A stretch of 24,000 bases of DNA from Parvibium lacunae (GTDB lineage: Bacteria; Pseudomonadota; Gammaproteobacteria; Burkholderiales; Burkholderiaceae_D): positions 701,080-725,079 of the forward strand of contig NZ_QPGB01000002.1 of assembly GCF_003335215.1 (NCBI RefSeq). Reading direction: 5' to 3'. The position numbers and the translations under genes are program-made. Numbering within the stretch: position 1 is the first letter of the stretch; each line of letters begins with the position of its first letter. Below, one piece after another: positions 1-7,202 of this stretch. The notes under the pieces were generated by a model. It worked only from the letters and a program-made list of their open reading frames with translations, was not told the origin of the DNA and searched no databases.

Positions 1-392
1 GTAACCCCCATGCGGTGATTGAGGTTGCAGATGTTGAAACCGCCTCCGTGCAAACAATTGGCCCCAGCTTGCAGGCACTACCCAATTTCCCTAAAAGTGT
101 GAACGTTGGGTTTATGCAAGTGCTCGACCCACATCACGTGAAATTGCGCGTGTATGAACGTGGTGCTGGCGAAACCCTCGCTTGCGGCACGGGGGCCTGT
201 GCCGCCGTCGTCACTGGCATTCAACGCGGGGAACTACAAAGCCCGGTGCAAGTGCAAGCCCGTGGCGGTATTTTAGAAATTGCCTGGGCTGGGCCAGGTG
301 AACAAGTCGCCATGACCGGCCCGACCGCCAACGTGTTTAGTGGCGAGTTTGAAACTGACGCCTTATTCAACAACAATTTCAATAACAATTAA
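1..392 (+). CDS. dapF: Diaminopimelate epimerase, C-terminal part (5' end lies outside the window)
   Basis: The frame is open from base 3 and reads NPHAVIEV..., the typical GNPHAV block. [17 protein letters not shown] matches the second catalytic-Cys region of DapF. It sits upstream of DUF484 and xerC, as in the classical dapF-yigA-xerC arrangement. It ends in an unusual Asn-rich tail, FNNNFNNN. Confidence 0.85.
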   Translation, partial: NPHAVIEVADVETASVQTIGPSLQALPNFPKSVNVGFMQVLDPHHVKLRVYERGAGETLACGTGACAAVVTGIQRGELQSPVQVQARGGILEIAWAGPGEQVAMTGPTANVFSGEFETDALFNNNFNNN

Positions 393-417
393 TCATTTAC
401 CGAGAGACAGGCTTACT

Positions 418-1110
418 ATGACAACGCTCACCGATCAAGCGGTTACCGATTATCTACTCGCCCACCCTGATTTTTTCACGCAACACCATGAGCTTTTGGC
501 AACCCTCACTGTACCGGGCCCACACGCGGGCAAAGCCATTTCATTGGTGGAGCGCCAGAATCTAACCTTGCGAGAAAAAAATAAACAACTGGAGCTCAAA
601 CTCAGTCAGCTATTACACTTTGGCCGGGAAAATGACCAAACCGCTGACAAACTGCATCGCTGGACCCATGCGATTGTCCGCGTACAGGATAACGCCCATA
701 TCCCCATGGTCGTCGCACAAGAATTAATTAAACTCTTTGCCTTACCGGACGTTGCGTTACGGTTATGGGGTGTGCAGGAAAACTATGCGCATCTCGACTG
801 CGCTGCGCCAGTCGCGGTTGATACCATTTTGTTTGCTAATGCCCTTTCCACACCGTATTGCGGCATCGTGGAAAATAATACTGATGTTGAAAAACTGGGG
901 GTGGCGCAATGGCTGCCGGGGGGCGAAAATGCGCCAGCGCCGAAATCTCTAGCGTTATTAGCCCTGCGCCAACCCGATGCGGCAGAGTCATTTGGCCTGA
1001 TCGTGCTGGCCTCGCAAGACCCCGAGCGCTTTGCGGATGAAATGGGCACCTTGTATTTACAGCGCATTGCCGAGTTGGCCAGTGCGGTGCTCTCGCGCCT
1101 GATTGACTGA
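418..1110 (+). CDS. DUF484 (YigA-like) family protein
   Basis: The N-terminus MTTLTDQAVTDYLLAHPDFFTQHHELL and the following coiled-coil stretch (LVERQNLTLREKNKQLELKL) are typical of DUF484/YigA. Its position between dapF and xerC is conserved. I prefer the ATG at 418 to the ORF-track start at 340, which overlaps the dapF 3' end. Confidence 0.7.
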   Translation: MTTLTDQAVTDYLLAHPDFFTQHHELLATLTVPGPHAGKAISLVERQNLTLREKNKQLELKLSQLLHFGRENDQTADKLHRWTHAIVRVQDNAHIPMVVAQELIKLFALPDVALRLWGVQENYAHLDCAAPVAVDTILFANALSTPYCGIVENNTDVEKLGVAQWLPGGENAPAPKSLALLALRQPDAAESFGLIVLASQDPERFADEMGTLYLQRIAELASAVLSRLID

Positions 1111-1118
1111 CCCTCTCA

Positions 1119-1697
1119 ATGCACTATCACCAACACGACGTGATTAAAGTATGGGAGCGCTTCCCCTACGAGACATTGGGGGACGCGCAAAAAAGCCTGG
1201 ACTATCTCGACACGGTGATTCAGGCGGGCGCAGCCCATCGCGACACCCTCGCGCAATATCCCACGGTGCGCGCCGAGCCACTGGATGAGTATTACCGCCT
1301 GAAATTATTTCAAACCATTGCCTCAAATGAGCTGCTGCGTGACATCGCGGTCACCATTGATGACTGGCGTGGTGGTTTGTTCATGGCCTGGCTGGTCTTG
1401 CTCAAACCCGAACCCGCCTTGCTGGCACATCGGGAGGCGATTGCAGCCTTACTCTTGCCCGAGCATGCTTGGCTAAAGACTTGGCTGCACCAAGCTGAAC
1501 AACCTACAGCAACAGAAGCGCAACCGCACCATAGCCGCCTAGCCACCATCAAGGCACAACTCGCTGCGATGCCCACGCCAGCAAGCTTGCAGCTCAAGCC
1601 GGCTGTCGCGCTGGATGCCGAAAAACTCAACGCCCTCAAGCAAGCCTATTTGCAGCAAGGGGCAGCCGGGTTTCATAGCGTACTGAATCAAAAATAA
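1119..1697 (+). CDS. Hypothetical protein, 192 aa, predicted helical, no family recognised
   Basis: Long ORF on the operon strand that starts 8 nt after the DUF484 stop. Codon composition resembles its neighbours. I recognise no motif. Confidence 0.5.
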   Translation: MHYHQHDVIKVWERFPYETLGDAQKSLDYLDTVIQAGAAHRDTLAQYPTVRAEPLDEYYRLKLFQTIASNELLRDIAVTIDDWRGGLFMAWLVLLKPEPALLAHREAIAALLLPEHAWLKTWLHQAEQPTATEAQPHHSRLATIKAQLAAMPTPASLQLKPAVALDAEKLNALKQAYLQQGAAGFHSVLNQK

Positions 1698-1738
1698 CGA
1701 TCCAACACACCTCCTACTAACAACCGCTTGTATTTCCC

Positions 1739-1779
1739 TTGCCACCAATTCGCGATACGTATATATTTAAAGTATATAC
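1739..1779 (+). promoter_or_regulatory. Sigma70-type promoter with an overlapping 21-bp palindromic operator upstream of vapB
   Basis: TTGCCA (1739-1744), a 17-nt spacer, then TATATT (1762-1767). GTATATATTTAAAGTATATAC (1759-1779) is a near-perfect palindrome (9 of 10 pairs) covering the -10 box. It ends just before the AGGAGG Shine-Dalgarno at 1781-1786. Confidence 0.55.
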
Positions 1780-1791
1780 AAGGAGGTGGTA

Positions 1792-2034
1792 ATGAATTAT
1801 GCAAAGGTATTTATCTCGGGCAATAGTCAAGCCGTGCGCTTGCCCAAAGAATTTCGGCTCAATAGCGAACAAGTAGAGATTTTTAGGCGAGGGAATGAGC
1901 TTGTATTGCGCGAACGCCCCGCCAATGCCGCAGCGGCGTTTGATGCACTGAGCGCACTCGCGGACGCCATTCCAGATGACTTCCTCGCAACCCAACGTAA
2001 CGATAGCGCACCGCAAAACCGAGAGGCGCTGTAA
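1792..2034 (+). CDS. vapB: Type II antitoxin VapB (AbrB/SpoVT-like DNA-binding fold)
   Basis: MNYAKVFISGNSQAVRLPKEFRL... is the classic AbrB/MazE-type antitoxin N-terminus. AGGAGG lies 5 nt upstream of the ATG at 1792. The stop is 2 nt before the PIN toxin ATG. Confidence 0.8.
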   Translation: MNYAKVFISGNSQAVRLPKEFRLNSEQVEIFRRGNELVLRERPANAAAAFDALSALADAIPDDFLATQRNDSAPQNREAL

Positions 2035-2036
2035 AT

Positions 2037-2528
2037 ATGCCAGCTAGTCGCGCCTTACCCAAAACAAACAAAGCGCGCGCAGTGAGAGAAAGTCAGGCAA
2101 CTTACCTCAGTAGCGAACCTCCTAAGCAACTGCGCTATTTACTGGACACCAATATTTGCATCTACATCGCCAAGCATGCTCCTGTCAGCGTGAGAGAACG
2201 CTTTGCCGAACATACTGCCGCAGAGCTTGCCATGTCCGTTATCACTTACGGCGAACTCTGTTTTGGTGTGCAAAAAAGTGTGGCTAAGAGTAAGGCACAG
2301 CATTTACTCGCACAGCTTAATCAAACAATTGAGGTTTGCCCTCTACCCGATCATGCGGGAGAACACTACGGTGATATCCGCGCGCACCTTGAGAAAAAAG
2401 GGCAAGTTATTGGCAACAATGATTTATGGATAGCCGCCCATGCCCGTGCGAACGGCTGGATACTCGTCACCAATAACGAAAAAGAATTTAAGCGGGTTCC
2501 CAAGCTACAGATTGAAAACTGGGTGTAG
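2037..2528 (+). CDS. vapC: Type II toxin VapC (PIN-domain ribonuclease) with an N-terminal extension of about 32 aa
   Basis: LRYLLDTNICIY (first acidic PIN residue), ITYGEL, NNDLWIAAHA and LVTNNEKEF are canonical VapC blocks. There is no ATG/GTG/TTG next to the LRYLLDT block. The only in-frame starts are ATG 2037 and GTG 2082. Confidence 0.8.
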   Translation: MPASRALPKTNKARAVRESQATYLSSEPPKQLRYLLDTNICIYIAKHAPVSVRERFAEHTAAELAMSVITYGELCFGVQKSVAKSKAQHLLAQLNQTIEVCPLPDHAGEHYGDIRAHLEKKGQVIGNNDLWIAAHARANGWILVTNNEKEFKRVPKLQIENWV

Positions 2529-2530
2529 AC

Positions 2531-3562
2531 ATGGATACCTCACTACCCCCCGCTGCTGCCCCCAACCCCAACTCACCCACACCTGCGCGCTACCTCACGC
2601 ATCTCCGCGTGGAGCGCCGCTTATCACCCCGCACCTTGGCTAATTACACGCGCGACCTCGGCCTCTTAGAAGCCAAAGCCGCTGACAGGGCGTGGCACGA
2701 TATCACCCAGCACGACATTCGGCTGTGGGCCAGCAAACGCCATGCAGAAGGCGCAGATGGTAAAACCATTGCGGCAATGCTCTCCTGCTGGCGTGGCTTT
2801 TTCACCTGGCTGTGCGAACAAGGCTTATGCACGCACAACCCCGTGCAAGGCGTGCGCGCACCCAAAACCGGGCAACGCTTACCCAAGGCCCTGAGCGCCG
2901 ATATGGCGCAGCAACTCCTTAATTCACCCACTCATCTGCCCACCCGCTCACCCTCGCCGCAAGCCCTTAGCGAGCAGGAGGTAGAAGGTGTGGAGACAGT
3001 AGAGGATGATCACTCAGTGCTGTGCCGCGACCAAGCGATGATGGAACTGCTCTACAGCGCGGGCTTACGGATTAGTGAGTTGGTAGGGCTAGACGTGCAG
3101 CCGATTCAAACTCGCGACTATCAATCGCTCGGCTATGTGGATATGCCTGCCGCCTTAGTCACGGTCGTCGGGAAGGGGCAAAAACGGCGCACCGTACCCG
3201 TAGGCAGTGTGGCCCTCGCGGCATTAGAAAAATGGCTCAGCGCCCGCGCCCAATGGCCGCACGTTGTCTGCCAGGAAGCCTTATTTCTAAGTGCGCGGGG
3301 CTTGCGGATTTCGCCGGTCGTGGTACGCCAGCGATTGGCCTTGATGGCACAGCGTGCGGGCTTACCCACCCATGTCCACCCGCACATGCTGCGGCACTCG
3401 TTTGCCTCACACATTTTGCAATCCAGTGGCGATTTGCGTGCCGTGCAAGAATTGCTCGGCCATGCGAATATCAGCACCACACAGATATATACTCGGCTAG
3501 ATTGGCAGCACTTAGCTAAAGCCTACGATGCGGCGCACCCACGCGCCAAAAAACAAGATTAA
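2531..3562 (+). CDS. xerC: Tyrosine recombinase XerC
   Basis: It has the N-terminal core-binding block YLTHLRVERRLSPRTLANYTRDL. The catalytic blocks are GLRISELVGL, HMLRHSFASHIL and LLGHANISTTQIYTRL. Synteny with dapF and DUF484 supports the call. Confidence 0.85.
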   Translation: MDTSLPPAAAPNPNSPTPARYLTHLRVERRLSPRTLANYTRDLGLLEAKAADRAWHDITQHDIRLWASKRHAEGADGKTIAAMLSCWRGFFTWLCEQGLCTHNPVQGVRAPKTGQRLPKALSADMAQQLLNSPTHLPTRSPSPQALSEQEVEGVETVEDDHSVLCRDQAMMELLYSAGLRISELVGLDVQPIQTRDYQSLGYVDMPAALVTVVGKGQKRRTVPVGSVALAALEKWLSARAQWPHVVCQEALFLSARGLRISPVVVRQRLALMAQRAGLPTHVHPHMLRHSFASHILQSSGDLRAVQELLGHANISTTQIYTRLDWQHLAKAYDAAHPRAKKQD

Positions 3563-3598
3563 CTTTTGCAGCCGGTTGCGCTGCCTTTGTCACTCATC

Positions 3599-4834
3599 AT
3601 GAACGCATCCCAAACCATCACGCCCACGCTCACGCTCAAGCCCGGCAAAGAAAAATCGCTCAAACGCCGTCACCCTTGGATTTACAGCCAAGGGATTGCC
3701 AGCATCAAAGGCATACCCAACAAAGGTGAGCCTGACAGCGGCCAAACTGTAAAAGTATGTGCGGCAGACGGCAGTTTTTTAGCCTGGGCGGCCTACAGCC
3801 CACACTCGCAAATTCGCGCACGGGTCTGGAGTTTTGACCCCAAGGCCACGATTGATGCTACGTGGTTACACACCCAACTCGCTGCTGCCATTGGTCGCCG
3901 TGCCCACCTACGTCACCGGAGCAGTGCCCTACGCTTAGTATTTGGTGAAGCCGATGGCCTGCCCGGTTTAGTGGTCGATCAATACGGCGATTGGCTATCC
4001 ATCCAACTCCTCGCGGCCGGTGTCGATGCTTGGCGCGCTGAGATTGTGCAAGCCTTAGTCGCCATCACCGGCTGCGCGCAAGTCTACGAACGCTCGGATG
4101 CCGCCGTGCGCCAGCGCGAAGGCTTGCCCAGCATTAAAGGCGTTTTGCATGGAGACCTAGACGCCACGCCCACCGCCGTGGCCGTGCAAGAAGATGGCGT
4201 CCAGTACGAAGTGGATATTGTGAACGGCCATAAAACCGGCTTTTATGTGGACCAACGCGACAACCGCAAACTAGTGGCCGATTTGGTCAAACGGATTGGC
4301 CCCAGCGCCACCGTGCTCAATTGCTTCTGTTACACCGGCGGCTTTTCACTTGCTGCACTCAAAGCAGGCGCCACTCAAGTGATTTCGGTGGACTCCTCTG
4401 GCGATGCGCTGGCGATTGCAGCAAAACAAGCCGCGCTCAATGGCATTCCAGAAGCGCATGCGGAATGGCGCTGCGCCGATGTGTTTGAACAGCTCAAACA
4501 ACTGCAAGCTGAAGGCACGCAATTTGATATCGTGATTCTCGACCCACCCAAGTTCGCCCCCTCCAGCCATCACGTCGAAAAAGCGGCGCGAGCCTACAAG
4601 GAAATCAACCTCAAAGGCTTGCGTTTGGTGAAGCCGGGGGGTTACTTGCTGACTTACTCCTGCTCCGGCGCGATTGATGTGGATTTGTTCCAGAAAATTG
4701 TCGCGGGTGCCGTGGTGGATAGTTACCAAGATGCGCTGCTGGTGCAACGCCTCGCCGCCGGGGAAGACCACCCCATGCGGATGACGCATCCTGAAGGGGA
4801 ATATCTCAAGGGCTTGCTTTTGCAAAAAGTGTAA
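3599..4834 (+). CDS. rlmI: Class I SAM-dependent 23S rRNA (cytosine-C5) methyltransferase, RlmI/YccW-like
   Basis: PUA-like N-terminus LKPGKEKSLKRRHPWIYS, then GLPGLVVDQYGDWL, HKTGFYVDQRDNR, VLNCFCYTGGFS and ILDPPKF, with a C-terminal CSG block. I prefer ATG 3599 to the TTG at 3566. Confidence 0.75.
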   Translation: MNASQTITPTLTLKPGKEKSLKRRHPWIYSQGIASIKGIPNKGEPDSGQTVKVCAADGSFLAWAAYSPHSQIRARVWSFDPKATIDATWLHTQLAAAIGRRAHLRHRSSALRLVFGEADGLPGLVVDQYGDWLSIQLLAAGVDAWRAEIVQALVAITGCAQVYERSDAAVRQREGLPSIKGVLHGDLDATPTAVAVQEDGVQYEVDIVNGHKTGFYVDQRDNRKLVADLVKRIGPSATVLNCFCYTGGFSLAALKAGATQVISVDSSGDALAIAAKQAALNGIPEAHAEWRCADVFEQLKQLQAEGTQFDIVILDPPKFAPSSHHVEKAARAYKEINLKGLRLVKPGGYLLTYSCSGAIDVDLFQKIVAGAVVDSYQDALLVQRLAAGEDHPMRMTHPEGEYLKGLLLQKV

Positions 4835-4860
4835 CCATATGTAGACAATTATAGAAATAC

Positions 4861-4968
4861 AAAATTTCGGGATGAAGTGCTAGGAGCCGCGGAGCGAAAG
4901 GCGAGATAGTACGTAGAGGTACAGCGAGACTTGAGCGAGCATGTGACAACGCAATTCGCCCGAAAAAT
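4861..4968. repeat. Intergenic GCGAG-rich element bracketed by a 7-bp inverted repeat
   Basis: TTTCGGG (4865-4871) pairs with CCCGAAA (4959-4965). The core of about 87 nt between them carries several GAGCGA/GCGAGA copies and a GTAC..GTAC motif. No plausible ORF covers it. Function is unknown. Confidence 0.3.
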
Positions 4969-4970
4969 GA

Positions 4971-4982
4971 ATTTATATAAAT
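4971..4982. promoter_or_regulatory. Perfect 12-bp AT palindrome upstream of the COG0523 gene, a weak candidate metalloregulator (Zur-type) operator and/or -10 region
   Basis: ATTTATATAAAT is perfectly palindromic and lies 33 nt upstream of the ATG at 5015. It does not match the GTTAT..ATAAC core of the Zur boxes I remember, so it is only a candidate. Confidence 0.2.
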
Positions 4983-5014
4983 GTTCTTGTCTTTTTATTT
5001 TGAACGGAATCATT

Positions 5015-6175
5015 ATGTCAGAAGCTAACCTCGTCCCCGTCACCGTCCTCACTGGTTTTCTTGGTGCGGGTAAAACCACACTGCTCAATCGGATTTTGAA
5101 AGAACAACACGGCCAGCGCATTGCCGTGATCGAGAACGAGTTCGGCGAAGAAGGAATTGATAATGATTTGCTCACACAAGAAAGCAATGAGCAGATTATT
5201 GAAATGAACAATGGCTGTATTTGCTGCAATGTGCGCGGCGATTTGATTCGCACCTTGAAAGAATTACACGCCAAGCGTCAAAAAGGCGAGATCAAATTTG
5301 ACCGGGTGCTGATTGAAACCACCGGCCTAGCGAACCCCGCGCCCGTCTGCCAAACCTTTTTTATGGATGACGAAATTGGCGAAGCCTACATGCTAGATGG
5401 CGTGCTAACCGTGGTGGATGCCAAACATGCCATGCAACAGCTAGATGAACATAGCGAGGCGCGTGAACAAGTGGCCTTTGCGGATCGGCTCTTGCTCTCC
5501 AAAACCGATTTGATTGATGGCCACGCTCAAACCCATTTGCGCCAGCGCCTAGCCCGCATGAATCCCCGCGCGCCGATGAAAGCCGTGCATTTTGGGGAAA
5601 CGCCCGTGAATGAGATTTTGGATATTCGCGGCTTTAATCTGAATGCGATTTTGGAAATCAGCCCAGAGTTTTTGCGGGCCGAGGAACACGCCCATGACCA
5701 TAATCATGACCACGACCATGCTGATTGCGATCATGAGCACGGGCATTGCGAACACGGTCACGAACATGATCATGCACACACCCATGCCGCAGATGCTGGT
5801 GACCATAGCCACTGCGACCACGAACATGGCCATTGCAGCCATGAGCATCATGATCACAACCATGCCCATACACACCTAGACGACATTCAGTCCTTTGTTT
5901 TTCAGTCCGACCGTGCTTTTAACCCCATGCTGCTTGAAGAGTTCATGGGTGGGCTGGTGAACGTCTATGGTGAAAAAATGATGCGCTATAAAGGGGTGTT
6001 GTATATGGACGGCACCGAGCGCCGCATGCTGTTTCAAGGTGTGCACATGCTGATGGGCGCGGATTTAGGGCGCGCTTGGCAGGCTGATGAAAAAAGATAC
6101 AGCAAATTGGTGTTTATTGGCCGCGACCTGCCTAAGGAAATTTTCATCAAGGGCTTGGAACAATGTCTGGTCTAG
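5015..6175 (+). CDS. COG0523-family (CobW/YjiA/ZigA-like) metal-chaperone GTPase with a His-rich linker
   Basis: Walker A GFLGAGKTTLLN, metal-binding GCICCN (CxCC) and ETTGLANP are present, with a His/Asp/Cys-rich linker of about 65 aa. The CobW_C-like end reads SFVFQSDRAFNP...RYKGVL...VFIG. I prefer ATG 5015 to the TTG at 4931. Confidence 0.85.
   Translation: MSEANLVPVTVLTGFLGAGKTTLLNRILKEQHGQRIAVIENEFGEEGIDNDLLTQESNEQIIEMNNGCICCNVRGDLIRTLKELHAKRQKGEIKFDRVLIETTGLANPAPVCQTFFMDDEIGEAYMLDGVLTVVDAKHAMQQLDEHSEAREQVAFADRLLLSKTDLIDGHAQTHLRQRLARMNPRAPMKAVHFGETPVNEILDIRGFNLNAILEISPEFLRAEEHAHDHNHDHDHADCDHEHGHCEHGHEHDHAHTHAADAGDHSHCDHEHGHCSHEHHDHNHAHTHLDDIQSFVFQSDRAFNPMLLEEFMGGLVNVYGEKMMRYKGVLYMDGTERRMLFQGVHMLMGADLGRAWQADEKRYSKLVFIGRDLPKEIFIKGLEQCLV
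5681..5875 (+). repeat. His-rich coding low-complexity region containing a duplicated 21/22-aa unit
   Basis: Unit A, DCDHEHGHCEHGHEHDHAHTH, is at 5723-5785. Unit B, HCDHEHGHCSHEHHDHNHAHTH, is at 5810-5875. The peptides are very similar but differ at many synonymous sites. Confidence 0.8.
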
Positions 6176-6245
6176 GTCATAATGCCCCGCTTCTGGTGTG
6201 CGCGAGTCGCCAGAGACTTATCGAGATTGACGCGTGGGAGATGAC

Positions 6246-6674
6246 ATGGCCGGTACTAAAAAAATCAAAGACATTACAGAAGCAGAGCTGCTGAAAATGC
6301 CGGAAAAGGACTACATGAATGAAGTCCAACTGGAGTTTTTCCGCAAACGGCTGCAGCAAATGGAAGCCGAATTGCGCCAAAATGCCGATGAAACCACCGA
6401 GCATTTGCGTGAAACGGTGATCGTTCCTGACCCCGCCGACCGCGCCACCATTGAAGAAGAGCATGCTTTAGAGTTGCGTACTCGCGACCGCGAACGCAAG
6501 CTGTTAAAGAAAGTTCAGCAAGCACTGGCGCGGGTCCAGTCCGGAGACTATGGCTATTGTGAGGAAACGGGCGACCCGATTGGCATCCCACGCTTGCTAG
6601 CACGGCCTACCGCGACCCTATCGCTGGAAGCCCAGCAGCGACGCGAGCTTAAACAGAAAATGTACGGGGACTGA
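6246..6674 (+). CDS. dksA2: DksA/TraR-family RNA polymerase-binding factor lacking the Cys4 zinc finger (DksA2-like)
   Basis: The coiled-coil tip motif PDPADRA is present. The C-terminal block YGYCEETGDPIGIPRLLARPTATLSLEAQ aligns with E. coli YGYCESCG...ARPTADLCIDCK, but only the first of the four Cys is retained (C-T-S-A). GGGAG lies 6 nt before the ATG at 6246. Confidence 0.8.
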   Translation: MAGTKKIKDITEAELLKMPEKDYMNEVQLEFFRKRLQQMEAELRQNADETTEHLRETVIVPDPADRATIEEEHALELRTRDRERKLLKKVQQALARVQSGDYGYCEETGDPIGIPRLLARPTATLSLEAQQRRELKQKMYGD

Positions 6675-6729
6675 GCTCTTCTCCTGATTCGCTGAAAGCA
6701 ACACGCTGTCAGCCGGTTTCCCAAGCAGC

Positions 6730-7131
6730 ATGCTCGGTCTAAAACACCGCCCTCCCTGGTCTTTGTGTAATCAGCGCCACCACTTGCCATTGTGGCTCGG
6801 AGTGGTGTTGTTCGCCCTATTTGCCCTGCAGTGGCAAACACTGACGCACAAAATCGCGCATGGAGTAAAGTTTGCGCACGCCGTCACGCATCAATCTGCT
6901 GCCGCACTTGAGACCCATTCCCATGGCGATGACCACCTGCCAACGCCAGAAACCGAGCATTCCTGTGCAGCCCTTGATGCACTTACCAGCGATTATTCGC
7001 CACCGCTGGATACCCGGCTTTTTATCGGCACCGCCGCCCTGTCAGCTTGCCCTGGCAAACCTGCGGCAACAGTCGTAACCCAAGCCCCAATCTGGCAGCC
7101 GCCAGCCCGCGCACCGCCCTCCTTTTCCTAA
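6730..7131 (+). CDS. Small membrane-anchored His-containing protein, possibly DUF2946-like
   Basis: There is one N-terminal hydrophobic helix (LPLWLGVVLFALFAL). His-rich stretches are HKIAHGVKFAHAVTH and THSHGDDH. It has two Cys and a C-terminal PPARAPP. It lies directly upstream of the TonB-dependent receptor. The DUF2946 resemblance is from memory and has not been searched. Confidence 0.4.
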   Translation: MLGLKHRPPWSLCNQRHHLPLWLGVVLFALFALQWQTLTHKIAHGVKFAHAVTHQSAAALETHSHGDDHLPTPETEHSCAALDALTSDYSPPLDTRLFIGTAALSACPGKPAATVVTQAPIWQPPARAPPSFS

Positions 7132-7202
7132 CAACACCTTCCGTATTACCGCACCGGGGAATACCTCGTGCGGGTTTTCTGTGTGTTTAGCAAAGGAATT
7201 GT

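Noticed and set aside
352-392. Asn-rich tail of DapF (FNNNFNNN, aac/aat repeats) as a functional repeat or frameshift signal
   Set aside because: It is a short C-terminal low-complexity extension immediately before the stop. There is no evidence of a function or of a frame problem.
340-417. Upstream extensions proposed by the ORF track: 340 for DUF484, TTG 3566 for rlmI, TTG 4931 for COG0523, GTG 6234 for dksA2, 11123 for hslV and TTG 9455 for the STAS protein
   Set aside because: In each case an internal ATG or GTG has a better Shine-Dalgarno or gives the canonical family N-terminus. The extensions overlap upstream genes or add non-conserved residues.
2531-3562. Tyrosine recombinase as a marker of an integrated mobile element
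   Set aside because: Synteny with dapF and DUF484 and the XerC-type motifs indicate the housekeeping chromosome-dimer resolvase. I saw no att-like repeats, phage genes or transposase genes.
4854-4868. GAAAT-N5-ATTTC inverted repeat as a Zur box
   Set aside because: Only the outer pentamers resemble the E. coli Zur consensus. The spacing is too short (15 bp against 23 bp) and the GTTAT/ATAAC core is absent.
4849-5274. 141-aa minus-strand ORF spanning the intergenic element and the COG0523 5' end
   Set aside because: It is antisense to a well-supported GTPase N-terminus that includes Walker A. It has no motifs and an AT-rich spurious opening.
5549-5879. ORFs of 108 aa and 71 aa (minus strand) and 78 aa (plus strand) over the His-rich linker of the COG0523 gene
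   Set aside because: These are artefacts of the CAY/GAY-rich repeat, which leaves alternative frames and the antisense strand open. The translations are Met/Val/Ile-rich or Gly/His/Arg/Asp-rich nonsense.
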